This document shows, one piece after another, positions 28,876 to 38,793 of a stretch of 64,000 nucleotides of DNA (its first letter is position 1; every line of letters begins with the position of its first letter). The position numbers and the translations under genes were made by a program. Origin of the DNA: Litorivivens sp. (GTDB taxonomy: Bacteria; Pseudomonadota; Gammaproteobacteria; Pseudomonadales; Spongiibacteraceae); assembly GCA_041625575.1 (NCBI GenBank), contig JBFJTG010000007.1:1879-65878 (forward strand), written 5' to 3'. The notes below the pieces were generated by a model that saw only the letters and a list, made by a program, of their open reading frames with translations, did not search any database and was not told the DNA's origin.

Positions 28876-29910
28876 TTAAAAGTTCTCGGGGAATCGCGCC
28901 TTCGCCTTGGCAGAATCACGACTGATGATTTTCTTTTGCACCAGATTTTCAAGGCATTGATCCAGGGTCTGCATACCAAGGTCACCGCCTGTCTGAATAG
29001 ACGAATACATCTGCGCCACCTTATCCTCGCGAATCAGGTTGCGGATGGCCGGCGTTCCCAACATGATTTCGTGGCCTGCCACGCGACCGCCGCCCTGCTT
29101 TTTCATCAGGGTTTGCGAAATCACGGCCTGTAGCGATTCCGACAGCATTGAGCGAACAATGGATTTTTCTTCTGCAGGGAAAACGTCAACTACCCTGTCG
29201 ATGGTTTTGGCCGCCGAGGTGGTGTGCAAGGTGCCAAACACCAGGTGACCCGTCTCCGCCGCGGTCAGCGCCAAACGAATGGTTTCAAGGTCACGCATCT
29301 CACCCACCAGAATAATGTCCGGATCTTCACGCAAGGCCGAGCGCAGCGCTTCGTTAAAACCGTGGGTATCGCGGTGAACCTCACGCTGGTTCACCAGACA
29401 CTTCTTGGATTCGTGCACGAATTCAATAGGGTCTTCGATGGTGAGAATATGCTCAAAACGGGTGTCGTTAATGTAATCGATCATCGCCGCCAGGGTGGTC
29501 GACTTACCCGAGCCCGTCGGCCCGGTCACCAGACAAATACCGCGCGAGAAGTTGGATATTTTCTTAAACACATCGCCCATACCCAGCTCATCCATGCTCA
29601 GTACCTTTGAGGGGATGGTCCTGAACACTGCGCCTGCACCGCGGTTCTGGTTAAAGGCATTAACCCGAAAGCGAGCCACACCCGGCACCTCGAAAGAGAA
29701 GTCAGTTTCCAAAAACTCCTCGAAATCCCTGCGCTGCTTATCACTCATGATTTCATAGATAAGGCCGTGAACATCTTTATGCTCCAGCGGCGGCAAGTTA
29801 ATGCGTCGAACATCGCCATCCACCCGTATCATGGGCGGCAAACCTGCCGACAAATGTAGATCCGAGGCATTTTGCTTGGCGCTAAAGGCCAGTAATTCTG
29901 TAATATCCAT
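28876..29910 (-). CDS. pilT: Type IV pilus retraction ATPase PilT
   Basis: MDITELLAFSAKQNASDLHLS, GPTGSGKSTT, SALREDPD, AIRNLIRE motif. Confidence 0.98.
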   Translation of the reverse strand: MDITELLAFSAKQNASDLHLSAGLPPMIRVDGDVRRINLPPLEHKDVHGLIYEIMSDKQRRDFEEFLETDFSFEVPGVARFRVNAFNQNRGAGAVFRTIPSKVLSMDELGMGDVFKKISNFSRGICLVTGPTGSGKSTTLAAMIDYINDTRFEHILTIEDPIEFVHESKKCLVNQREVHRDTHGFNEALRSALREDPDIILVGEMRDLETIRLALTAAETGHLVFGTLHTTSAAKTIDRVVDVFPAEEKSIVRSMLSESLQAVISQTLMKKQGGGRVAGHEIMLGTPAIRNLIREDKVAQMYSSIQTGGDLGMQTLDQCLENLVQKKIISRDSAKAKARFPENF

Positions 29911-30056
29911 GAGATTCCTTATTATTAACGGCCTGGCGGTCTGATTCACTCAAGCAAAACGGCCCCATCACTTTATACTGACATCGGCTGGCGCTGTAGC
30001 AGATATTGCCGGCGCCGGCACAAAGCCCAAGATTCACACGGAGACATCCAAGCCCC

Positions 30057-30764
30057 ATGATCGACTCAGTGCTCATCAACAGCAATATAGCAGAGCTGAG
30101 CCGACGTATCCGCCTTGCGGAACAAGAAAACGGGCGCGATGCAAACTCGGTCACCCTGATGGGCGTCAGTAAAACCCGCTCGGCACAGGAAATTCGCGAC
30201 AGCATTAGCGCAGGTCTGAGCCATATTGGCGAAAATTACATCCAGGAGGCCCTCGACAAGCAGGCAATGCTCGCCGAGCTCGCTATCTGCTGGCATTGCA
30301 TAGGGCCCATTCAGTCCAACAAGAGCCGCGCAGTAGCAAGCCATTTCGACTGGGTGCATACGGTAGATCGAAAAAAAATCGCGCAGCGCCTCAGCGCGCA
30401 ACGTCCGCCAGAGTTACCGCCACTCAATATCTGCATTCAGGTCAATATTGACGAAGAGCCGCAGAAAGCCGGTGTCTTAACCAACAAAATCAAGCCGCTG
30501 GCCGACGCTGTGGCAGCCCTGCCAGGGCTGCGCCTGCGGGGTCTTATGGCGATTCCGGCCCCCCGGGACGACTATTGCGAGCAGCGGCAGGCCTTTGCTC
30601 GCCTGCGCCACTGCTTTGAAAGCCTCAAGCAGCACCACCCTGCGATCGACACCCTATCCATGGGCATGTCGCGCGACTACGCAGCCGCAATTGCTGAAGG
30701 CGCAACCATCATTAGAATTGGCACCGAAATATTCGGGCCACGCGCGGCCGCAGCTCAGGCCTAA
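30057..30764 (+). CDS. yggS: PLP homeostasis protein YggS
   Basis: GVSKT, GENYIQE, WHCIGPIQSNK, LRGLMAIP, LSMGMSRD, IRIGTEIFG. Confidence 0.96.
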   Translation: MIDSVLINSNIAELSRRIRLAEQENGRDANSVTLMGVSKTRSAQEIRDSISAGLSHIGENYIQEALDKQAMLAELAICWHCIGPIQSNKSRAVASHFDWVHTVDRKKIAQRLSAQRPPELPPLNICIQVNIDEEPQKAGVLTNKIKPLADAVAALPGLRLRGLMAIPAPRDDYCEQRQAFARLRHCFESLKQHHPAIDTLSMGMSRDYAAAIAEGATIIRIGTEIFGPRAAAAQA

Positions 30765-30883
30765 ACTGGCACCGGATGTTCTGCCACTGGCAGCCTGCTA
30801 TACTGCGCGGCGCCAGCACAGGGACATAGATACACCATGGCCGGAGCTAACTAATGGCCATTATTTCAAACTAAGGAAACTCC

Positions 30884-31705
30884 ATGTCTTACACAATCGC
30901 CTTTATCGGCGGTGGCAATATGGCCTCAAGCATTATCGGCGGCTTGTGCGCCAGCGGCTTCGATGCCGCCAATATCTGGGTGAGCGACCCGATAACCGAA
31001 AGTCTGGAGCGTCTGTCACAGACGGCCCCGGTAAACACCACCGCTGACAACGCGGTGGCCATCGAGCATGCGGACGTCCTGATACTGGCGGTAAAACCCC
31101 AAATCATGAAATCCGTTTGCACCGCAGTTGCAGCCAATGTTCAGGCCCGTAAACCGCTGATTATATCCATAGCCGCCGGCATCGAATCGGCCAGCCTCGA
31201 GCACTGGCTTGGGGGCGGGCTCGCCATTGTACGCTGCATGCCCAACACCCCTGCGCTGGTTCGCTGTGGCGCTACAGGTTTATGCGCCAACGCCGCGGTC
31301 AGTCCCGAACAGAAAGAGCGCGCACAGGCAATTCTGGGGGCGGTAGGTACAGTGCAGTGGTTTGATAAAGAATCGTCGCTAGACGCGGTCACGGCCGTAT
31401 CAGGCAGTGGTCCGGCCTATTTCTTTCTGGTGATGGAAGCCATGCAAAGCGCTGGCGAACAACTTGGCCTCAGCGCCGAGGAAGCCAAGGCGCTCACTCT
31501 GCAAACCGCGCTCGGTGCCGCTACCATGGCACTAAACAGCGACGTTGATACTGCCGAACTGCGGCGGCGAGTCACGTCACCCAAGGGCACCACCGAAAAA
31601 GCGGTAGAAGCTTTGGAAGCCGGTGGCCTGCGCAAAATTTTTCAGGGGGCCTTGAGCGCAGCCCACAGCCGCTCTATTGAATTAGCCCGCGAACTGGGCG
31701 ACTAA
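30884..31705 (+). CDS. proC: Pyrroline-5-carboxylate reductase
   Basis: FIGGGNMA, LAVKPQ, RCMPNTP, TAVSGSGPAY, VTSPKGTT. Confidence 0.97.
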   Translation: MSYTIAFIGGGNMASSIIGGLCASGFDAANIWVSDPITESLERLSQTAPVNTTADNAVAIEHADVLILAVKPQIMKSVCTAVAANVQARKPLIISIAAGIESASLEHWLGGGLAIVRCMPNTPALVRCGATGLCANAAVSPEQKERAQAILGAVGTVQWFDKESSLDAVTAVSGSGPAYFFLVMEAMQSAGEQLGLSAEEAKALTLQTALGAATMALNSDVDTAELRRRVTSPKGTTEKAVEALEAGGLRKIFQGALSAAHSRSIELARELGD

Positions 31706-31760
31706 AAACGCAAACCGTTTAAATGACCGATAGAGCCCCAATGAGGAGAGACTTCCCGCA

Positions 31761-32348
31761 ATGAATCCAATGATGGAAATCGCCTACCTGCTGACCCAAA
31801 CGTTGTTCAGCTTTCTACTACTGGCCATTATTCTGCGCCTGCTGCTACAGCTGGCGCGCGCCGATTTCTACAATCCGATTTCCCAGTTTTTGGTGAAGCT
31901 TTCCAACCCGATGCTGCTACCCCTGCGCAAAATTATCCCTCCGCTGGGTAAAATTGATTCTGCCTCGGTCGTGCTGGCACTGCTGGTCCAGATTCTGGCC
32001 ATGGTCACACTCCTCCTGATCTTCGACGCGCGCATCCCCAACATCGTCACGCTGCTGGGCTGGGCAACCATCGGCTGCCTCGCATTGGTCGCCAATGTCT
32101 ACTTTTTCGCAATCCTGATTAACATCATCCTCAGCTGGGTAGCGCCGGGAACCCAGCACCCGGCAGCAGTGTTACTCTATCAGTTGACCGAACCGGTAAT
32201 GCGGCCCTTTCGCAAACTGATCCCGGACATGGGCGGCATTGATCTGTCCCCCATACTCGTATTTCTCAGCATCAACATTATTCAGATCTTGCTAAAGTCG
32301 ATGGCTCAAGCTTCCGGCTTGAACCCTATTTTAGTATTCGGGCTTTAA
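31761..32348 (+). CDS. yggT: YggT family membrane protein
   Basis: ADFYNPISQF, LTEPVMRPFRKLIP, GGIDLSP. Confidence 0.93.
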   Translation: MNPMMEIAYLLTQTLFSFLLLAIILRLLLQLARADFYNPISQFLVKLSNPMLLPLRKIIPPLGKIDSASVVLALLVQILAMVTLLLIFDARIPNIVTLLGWATIGCLALVANVYFFAILINIILSWVAPGTQHPAAVLLYQLTEPVMRPFRKLIPDMGGIDLSPILVFLSINIIQILLKSMAQASGLNPILVFGL

Positions 32349-32651
32349 TTGCCTGAACATTATCAGTGGCGGCAAGAGATGCTCCTCTTGCACTGCCATA
32401 TAAAGGCAGGGGCGAAGTCTGAAGAAATTCAAAACGTACCCGGCGGACGTCTGAAAATCAGACTGCGGGCACCCGCCATTGAGGGGCGCGCCAATAAGGC
32501 ACTAGTCGACTTTCTGGCCCGACAGTTCGCCGTGAGCAAGCGCGACATTCAGCTCGTGCGCGGTGAAAGCAGTCGCTATAAATCGCTGGCCATCAACAAG
32601 CCCGGCAGGCTGCCGCCGGCATTGGCTTTCAAAGCGCCCTGGCGGCGTTGA
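32349..32651 (+). CDS. yggU: DUF167/YggU family protein
   Basis: LKIRLRAPAIEGRANKAL, GESSRYK; located after yggT. Confidence 0.88.
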   Translation: MPEHYQWRQEMLLLHCHIKAGAKSEEIQNVPGGRLKIRLRAPAIEGRANKALVDFLARQFAVSKRDIQLVRGESSRYKSLAINKPGRLPPALAFKAPWRR

Positions 32652-32667
32652 TTAATAGGCTTGGCGC

Positions 32668-32696
32668 TTAACAAGTCTCTCCGTCTCTTTTACACT
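32668..32696 (+). promoter_or_regulatory. Putative sigma70 promoter of metX-metW
   Basis: TTAACA-17 nt-TACACT about 30 nt upstream of the metX start. Confidence 0.5.
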
Positions 32697-32726
32697 GCGC
32701 AGCACGATGACACAGGAATTGCTTGC

Positions 32727-33887
32727 ATGAACAAGGGGTTGCCCGCCGACTCGGTGGGTATTGTCGAAGCAAAAACACAGCACTTCAGCGAGCCGCTAAA
32801 GCTGGCCTGCGGACGGTCGCTGGACGCTTACGATATTGTCTATGAGACCTATGGCGAGCTGAACGCCGCCAAAAGCAATGCGATTCTGATTTGCCACGCC
32901 CTGTCCGGCCACCACCACGCTGCCGGTTACCAGAGCGAAGACGACAAAAAGCCCGGCTGGTGGGAGGCTTGTATCGGCCCCGGCAAACCCATCGACACCA
33001 ACCATTTCTTTGTGCTCAGCATCAATAATATCGGCGGCTGCCACGGCAGCACTGGCCCTGTCAGCATCAACCCCGCTACCGGCAAGCCCTGGGGCCCGGA
33101 CTTCCCTTCACTGCGCTGCCGCGACTGGGTCGAATCCCAACGACGCATGATGCCCTTATTCGGCATCACTCAATGGGCCGCGGTCATCGGCGGCAGTCTG
33201 GGCGGCATGCAGGCCATGCGCTGGGCGCTGGAGCACCCGGACGAGCTGCGACATTGCGTTGTGATTGCCTCGGCGCTGCGCCTGACGGCACAGAACATTG
33301 CCTTCAATGAAATTGCGCGCCAGGCCATCACCTCCGATCTGGATTTTCACGAGGGTCGATACCTCGAACACAAAACCCTGCCCAAGGCCGGATTGGCTCT
33401 GGCGCGCATGGTCGGCCATGTAACGTATCTGTCTGCCGACGGCATGGGCGAAAAATTCGGGCGCGACCTGAAGTCGGGCAACTTCGAGCTCGGCCACGAC
33501 GAAAAAGTCGAGTTTCAGGTAGAAAGTTACCTGCGCTATCAGGGCGATGTATTCTCGCGCAGTTTCGATGCCAACTCCTACCTGTTGATGACCAAGGCAC
33601 TGGACTATTTTGATCTCGCCCGCGAATACGGCGACGATCCGGTAGCCGCTTTCAGGCACGCCAGGTGCGGATTTTTGGTGATGTCCTTTACCAGCGACTG
33701 GCGCTTTGCGCCCACGCGCTCGCGTGAAATCGTTAACGCCCTGATCGCTGCCAACAGGCCTGTAGCCTATGCGGAAATCGAGGCCAACTTTGGCCACGAC
33801 GCCTTCCTGTTACCCATCGAACGCTATCTAAAAACCTTTAGCGCCTATATGGAACGTGTTAAACGGGAGGCCAGCCATGCGTTTTGA
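32727..33887 (+). CDS. metX: Homoserine O-acyltransferase MetX (succinyl- or acetyl-)
   Basis: [30 protein letters not shown] nucleophile elbow, GHDAFL; followed by metW. Confidence 0.95.
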   Translation: MNKGLPADSVGIVEAKTQHFSEPLKLACGRSLDAYDIVYETYGELNAAKSNAILICHALSGHHHAAGYQSEDDKKPGWWEACIGPGKPIDTNHFFVLSINNIGGCHGSTGPVSINPATGKPWGPDFPSLRCRDWVESQRRMMPLFGITQWAAVIGGSLGGMQAMRWALEHPDELRHCVVIASALRLTAQNIAFNEIARQAITSDLDFHEGRYLEHKTLPKAGLALARMVGHVTYLSADGMGEKFGRDLKSGNFELGHDEKVEFQVESYLRYQGDVFSRSFDANSYLLMTKALDYFDLAREYGDDPVAAFRHARCGFLVMSFTSDWRFAPTRSREIVNALIAANRPVAYAEIEANFGHDAFLLPIERYLKTFSAYMERVKREASHAF

Positions 33888-34467
33888 TCTCAACTTGGCC
33901 AGCGAGTGGATTCAACCCGGCAGCCGCGTGCTCGATCTGGGGTGCGGCGACGGCAGCTTGCTCGAATACCTGCGCGACAAGCGAAGTGTCGACGGACTGG
34001 GCGTTGAAATTGACGACCTGTCATTCCGGCAATGCCTGGAAAAAGGCCTCAATGTTGTCGAGCAGGATTTGGACAGCGGCCTAAGCAATTTTCGCGACAA
34101 CAGCTTTGACGTCGTGGTCATGGCCCAAGCCTTGCAAACCCTGCACTCGCCCCATCTGGTTATTGAGGAAATGCTGCGAGTAGGACGCGAATGCATCGTC
34201 ACCTTCCCCAATTTCGGCTACTGGCGCGGCCGCCTTTATTTGGGTGCGCGCGGCCGAATGCCGGTATCAAAATTTTTGCCCTATACTTGGTACGACACCC
34301 CGAATATTCACTTTTGTACCGTGAGCGATTTTGAAGCACTGTGCAGCGAGAAAAATATTCGGGTACTACACCGCACCGTGGTCAATGCTGACGACAGGGA
34401 AAGCCTCATCGCCTCACAATTCCCGAACTTGTTTGGTGTCACGGCGGTCTACCATATTAGCAAGTGA
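33877..34467 (+). CDS. metW: Methionine biosynthesis protein MetW
   Basis: [31 protein letters not shown]. Confidence 0.95.
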   Translation: MRFDLNLASEWIQPGSRVLDLGCGDGSLLEYLRDKRSVDGLGVEIDDLSFRQCLEKGLNVVEQDLDSGLSNFRDNSFDVVVMAQALQTLHSPHLVIEEMLRVGRECIVTFPNFGYWRGRLYLGARGRMPVSKFLPYTWYDTPNIHFCTVSDFEALCSEKNIRVLHRTVVNADDRESLIASQFPNLFGVTAVYHISK

Positions 34468-34531
34468 TCCCCTGAGATTGCCGCAGCCATGCGTTAATCT
34501 AGCCGGGAACAGGGCTCACAAGGAGCATCGA

Positions 34532-34987
34532 ATGAAAATGCGATTCAGCACCGCCGCACTCGCCATGAGCTTATTTCTGCAGCTACTAATGCCAACGACT
34601 GCCTTGGCGGAACAAAAACAACGCTTTGACAAATACGACGTGCATTACATGATCGTGAATTCGACCTTTCTCTCGCCTGAAGTTGCAAAATCCTATGGCA
34701 TTGTTCGCGGCGAAGACCGTTTTATCTTAAACATTGCTGTGCGGGAAATAATGGACGATGGCGGCACCGAAGCGCGCAAGGCCGCCATCAGCGGCACCCG
34801 CTTTGATTTAATTCACAGGCTAAAACTGGACTTCAAGGAAATCGACGAGCGCACCGCGGTGTATTACATCGCGCAATTTCAGGCCAAGGACAAAGAAAAG
34901 CTGGATTTTACCCTCAAGATTCACCCGGAAAGCAGCAAGCGCTCCTACAAAATGCAATTCAACCAAGTGATGTACGCAGATAAATAA
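34532..34987 (+). CDS. DUF4426 exported protein
   Basis: Signal peptide, VHYMIVNSTFLSPEVAKSYGIVR, AVYYIAQF; metW-DUF4426-rdgB synteny; AAGGAG RBS. Confidence 0.85.
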   Translation: MKMRFSTAALAMSLFLQLLMPTTALAEQKQRFDKYDVHYMIVNSTFLSPEVAKSYGIVRGEDRFILNIAVREIMDDGGTEARKAAISGTRFDLIHRLKLDFKEIDERTAVYYIAQFQAKDKEKLDFTLKIHPESSKRSYKMQFNQVMYADK

Positions 34988-35565
34988 TGCAAAAAGTCGT
35001 ACTGGCCAGCGGCAATCGCGGCAAACTCAAAGAAATGCAGCAGGTTCTGAGCAGCACCGGTATCGAGCTTCTGCTGCAAACTGATTTTGATATTATCGAT
35101 GCTGAAGAAAGCGGCAAGAGTTTTATTGAAAATGCCATTCTAAAGGCTCGACATGCTAGCGCGGCCACCGGCCTGCCCGCTTTGGCGGATGATTCCGGTC
35201 TTTGCGTCAAGGCCCTCAATGGCCGGCCCGGCATATACTCTGCGCGCTTTAGCGGCGCAGGTGCCACCGACCAGAAAAACAATGCCAAGCTATTGGAAGA
35301 GCTCGACGGCAAAACCGACCGCAGTGCCAGTTTCGTTTGCGTGCTAGCCCTGGTCCAGCACGCCACAGACCCTCTGCCGTTAATTTGCGAGGGCCGCTGG
35401 TCCGGCGAAATTCTGCACGAACCCCGCGGCAGCAATGGCTTTGGCTACGACCCCCTGTTTTTTATTCCCGACCTTAACTCTAGCTCTGCAGAATTAGCAC
35501 CCGAAGTAAAAAACCGCCACAGTCATCGTGGCCTTGCGCTCAAGCAGTTACTGCAACAACTGTGA
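34987..35565 (+). CDS. rdgB: dITP/XTP pyrophosphatase RdgB
   Basis: LASGNRGKLKE, ENAILKA, ADDSGL, PGIYSAR, GFGYDP, KNRHSHRG. Confidence 0.97.
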   Translation: MQKVVLASGNRGKLKEMQQVLSSTGIELLLQTDFDIIDAEESGKSFIENAILKARHASAATGLPALADDSGLCVKALNGRPGIYSARFSGAGATDQKNNAKLLEELDGKTDRSASFVCVLALVQHATDPLPLICEGRWSGEILHEPRGSNGFGYDPLFFIPDLNSSSAELAPEVKNRHSHRGLALKQLLQQL

Positions 35566-36188
35566 GCCGCCACGTTCGCCTGACTGCTGCCGGGGCTAAC
35601 CAGCCGAATCACGGTCGCGTCATCGCGGTCGATTCATCACAAACACTCTTGGTGCAACTGCAGCAAGCAGGCTTTGTAGTGCCAGAGGCCTGTCGAAACG
35701 GCAACTGTGGACTCTGTTTTGCCCAACTCGTATCGGGCCGGGTTTCCGAAATAAAAGACACCGCAACCGTCCCCCTGTGCATTAGCTGCGCACTAAGCGA
35801 TACAACACTGACACTGCCACCCACTCCGGCCTGGCAGCTCTACGCCTGCCAACTCTTGGATAAGCACGGTGAAAACTTGCGAATCAAACTGCCCGCAGGC
35901 AGATCCTCACTACAACACAACCACTTTGCCCTTCTCGCAGCAGAATGGGCGTCGCCTGCCCAGCTGCTAGAACAGCAATCGCGCACCCTGGTTTTTCGCG
36001 CGCAACAGCCGCTCACAAGACCGGTCAACGCTCTAGTACACCTGCTTTGCGTCAAACCCCGAGCACAAGGACGATACCGTTTGCTCTACAGGAATCAGAC
36101 CCTGCTTACAGGGCTGGGCAGAACACTGCTGCGAGATATTCGTAAAAGCTTGCTACAATCGAACTTCACTACGCAGATAAGTATTTAA
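35562..36188 (+). CDS. 2Fe-2S ferredoxin-domain protein with degenerate reductase-like C-terminus
   Basis: ACRNGNCGLC...PLCIS (Cx4Cx2C...C); GTGA overlap with the rdgB stop; no recognisable RxYS or GGxG NAD motif. Confidence 0.7.
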   Translation: MSRHVRLTAAGANQPNHGRVIAVDSSQTLLVQLQQAGFVVPEACRNGNCGLCFAQLVSGRVSEIKDTATVPLCISCALSDTTLTLPPTPAWQLYACQLLDKHGENLRIKLPAGRSSLQHNHFALLAAEWASPAQLLEQQSRTLVFRAQQPLTRPVNALVHLLCVKPRAQGRYRLLYRNQTLLTGLGRTLLRDIRKSLLQSNFTTQISI

Positions 36189-36253
36189 AATCGCGCTTTA
36201 GTCGGCGCGCCGTACTGATCCCAAGCCAAACCGTAAACCAAGGGGGAAAACCC

Positions 36254-36757
36254 GTGCTCAGCGTCATTGCCAAACTGCTGAAAGTACTCAACTCCGACGA
36301 CAATCCTGCGCAAGTTGCGCTGGCGGTAGTGTTCGCTCTCGTTATGGGCCTCACCCCCCTGATGTCACCACACAACATTCTTATTCTGCTTTTGGTGCTC
36401 TTTATTCGCGTCAACTTAAGCTTTTTCATCCTGTCCTTTGTAGTGTTTTCAGGACTTGCCTATCTGCTTGACCCCCTCAGCAATCAACTGGGGGCCGCGG
36501 TGCTGCATAGCGAAGGGCTGCAGACGCTGTGGACCGGTTTTTACCAATCCTCGTTCTGGCGCTTTATGGGTTACAACAACACACTGATTATGGGCAGTGT
36601 TTGCCTCAGTCTCATAATGGCGGTGCCGGTCTATCTGGCTGTTATATGGGCCATCACACAGTACCGGGACAAATTGCGCGCCAAGGTTGCGCAATCGCGC
36701 CTCGCGTTGCTGGTCAAAAGCACCAGCTTGTTTAAATTGTACGACGCCCTTAGTTAA
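36254..36757 (+). CDS. TIGR03546-family membrane protein
   Basis: LKVLNSDDNPAQVALA, GLTP, RVNLS, YLLDP, YNNTLIMGS; paired with the TIGR03545-type gene. Confidence 0.85.
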   Translation: MLSVIAKLLKVLNSDDNPAQVALAVVFALVMGLTPLMSPHNILILLLVLFIRVNLSFFILSFVVFSGLAYLLDPLSNQLGAAVLHSEGLQTLWTGFYQSSFWRFMGYNNTLIMGSVCLSLIMAVPVYLAVIWAITQYRDKLRAKVAQSRLALLVKSTSLFKLYDALS

Positions 36758-36863
36758 AACCGGCGCCTATACCAGGCGCGCCGAACAACACAATCATCAC
36801 GAGAGTGCTGCGGCTCCTTTCGAAAATTAAGCCGCAGAAATTACGAAAATAAGGAAGCTTACT

Positions 36864-38561
36864 ATGACGCAATGGATTCGCTGGTGGGGATTGGGCGCTT
36901 TTGTCGCCATCGCCGCGCTGTGGGTACTGTGTATCGACTGGATTCTGGAGAACAGCATCGAGTTTGCGGGCACGCAAGCGGTAGGCGCCAAAGTCGAATT
37001 GGACAGTGTCGATTTCGCCATTGCCGAAGGCGTAATAACCCTCAATCGACTGCAGGTCACCAACCCCGACAAGCCCATGCAGAACCTGTTTGAATCGTCC
37101 CGCATTCATCTCAGCGTCGACACTTTCGCCTTATTGCGACGCCAGTTTATTTCTGAAAAAGCCGAGATCGAAGGCCTGGAGCTTTACACGCAACGTAGCA
37201 GCAGTGGCGCCATTGACGGGCGGTTTTTTAATCTTGGCGGACATAAGGGGAAAGGCAAGCAGGCCGCACTGGATCTTGCGTCGAAGCTCAACATCCCTGA
37301 CGTCGGCGAACTCGCCAGCAGCGAGGAAGCCCGACTTAAGGCCGAAGTAAGTGCTATGCAAAATGAAGTCAGCGACATTCAAAATGCGTGGAAGCAGCGC
37401 GCCGGGCAGCTACCTGACAAAGAGCAACTGACCGAGTATCAATCGCGCTGGGATAAACTCAAGGATGAAAATACTCTGGTAAAACTTAAAGGAGCGAAAG
37501 AACTTCGCGACGATATCAACAAAGATCTCGACAACATCAAAGCCCTTGAGGACCAAATCAAAACTGACAAGGACCGTATCGCTCAATTGACCGAGCACGC
37601 GAGGACACTTCCCGGGCGCGAGGCGGAGCGCCTGCTCGCCAGCGTTGGACTGGACCAGGGTTTCGAAGGAATGATTAAACACATCGTGGGAGACGATGCC
37701 TTTGACATGATTAATCAGGGTTTGTCACTTTACAAAACGGCCGCCAAGCAAATGAGCAATAGTGAGACAGAGGCGGAAAAAGAACTGAAGCCTATGCGCG
37801 GCTCTGGCGAGCTCGTTCGCTTTGTTGAAGATGAGGCCCTGCCGGAATTTCTTATCAAACAGGCCAAAATCAATGGCGCAGTTGCCGTTGCCGGACAGAA
37901 AATCAGCTTCGACGGCCTGATCAAGGACATCACCAACGAACAGGACATTTGGGGTCGCCCGATGAGTCTTGTCGCAAAGGGCGGCAGCGAACAAGGCGCA
38001 AGCTTAAAACTGGACGGTCTATTTGATCATCGCAGCAAAAATACACTGGATACCTTGAATTTTGATTTACAGAAACTGGCCCTGTCGGCACTGACCTTGT
38101 CCGACAGCCCGGAGTTACCACTGACCCTGCAGAAAGGGTTAGCCAACATCAAAACCAGCTTTACCCTGAGCGAAAAAGGCATCAATGCAACTATTGACAG
38201 CCTGGTCAAACAGGCCCAGTTTCTGGTGTCCGATAGCGCGCAATCTAAAACAGCTAATCTGATGCGCACCGCATTGGGCAGCGCCGAGCAATTCGACCTA
38301 AAAGCCATTATCAACGGCGACCTTAATGCCCCACAGATCAAACTTAAATCCAGTCTGGACAATCTGATTGGCAAGGCTCTGGGCGCCGAGGTAACAGCCA
38401 AAGTTGCACAGCAAAAGGCCGTGTTGCAGGAAAAGCTCGCAGCGCAGCTACAGGACCCTACCGCAAAACTGGCTGGCAGCGGTGCCTTTCTCGACGAGTA
38501 CAAGAACCTGCTGGGGAATCAGCGCGATGCGCTGAAGGCTCTGATCAAGGAAATGCGCTGA
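36864..38561 (+). CDS. TIGR03545-family protein (N-terminal anchor, AsmA-like beta regions, coiled coil)
   Basis: WIRWWGL-TM, GAKVELDSV, LQVTNPDKPMQNLFE, RSSSGA, PEFLIK, SSLDNLIGKAL. Confidence 0.85.
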   Translation: MTQWIRWWGLGAFVAIAALWVLCIDWILENSIEFAGTQAVGAKVELDSVDFAIAEGVITLNRLQVTNPDKPMQNLFESSRIHLSVDTFALLRRQFISEKAEIEGLELYTQRSSSGAIDGRFFNLGGHKGKGKQAALDLASKLNIPDVGELASSEEARLKAEVSAMQNEVSDIQNAWKQRAGQLPDKEQLTEYQSRWDKLKDENTLVKLKGAKELRDDINKDLDNIKALEDQIKTDKDRIAQLTEHARTLPGREAERLLASVGLDQGFEGMIKHIVGDDAFDMINQGLSLYKTAAKQMSNSETEAEKELKPMRGSGELVRFVEDEALPEFLIKQAKINGAVAVAGQKISFDGLIKDITNEQDIWGRPMSLVAKGGSEQGASLKLDGLFDHRSKNTLDTLNFDLQKLALSALTLSDSPELPLTLQKGLANIKTSFTLSEKGINATIDSLVKQAQFLVSDSAQSKTANLMRTALGSAEQFDLKAIINGDLNAPQIKLKSSLDNLIGKALGAEVTAKVAQQKAVLQEKLAAQLQDPTAKLAGSGAFLDEYKNLLGNQRDALKALIKEMR

Positions 38562-38568
38562 GCAGGTT

Positions 38569-38606
38569 TCAAAAACGATGCCGGGATTTGCGCAGCCTTC
38601 CCGGCA
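38569..38606 (-). terminator. Probable intrinsic terminator of the hem operon
   Basis: TGCCGGGA/TCCCGGCA stem (38579-38606), followed on the minus strand by TCGTTTTTG; lies between convergent genes. Confidence 0.55.
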
Positions 38607-38607
38607 A

Positions 38608-38793
38608 TCAGTCGCTCTCTTCCCGCCGCGCCTGCTCGGCATGTTGAAGTGACTGTTCAACACCGCGGGCTTTGTCCATGGCCTGCATTTGATAGCTAGG
38701 CACTACGCCCTCAAGTTGTTTGGTGTCGCTTGAGCCGCTCTCGCCGCAAGCGTTCAACAAAAGCACAGCCAGCACCAATAGCCCGCACTTCAT
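38608..38793 (-). CDS. Small hypothetical lipoprotein
   Basis: Lipobox LLNAC after a hydrophobic signal; ATG immediately follows the hemY TAA. Confidence 0.7.
   Translation of the reverse strand: MKCGLLVLAVLLLNACGESGSSDTKQLEGVVPSYQMQAMDKARGVEQSLQHAEQARREESD

Noticed and set aside
32651-32727. Possible SAM/SAH riboswitch upstream of metX
   Set aside because: The spacer is short and mostly occupied by a promoter-like sequence; no riboswitch structure recognisable
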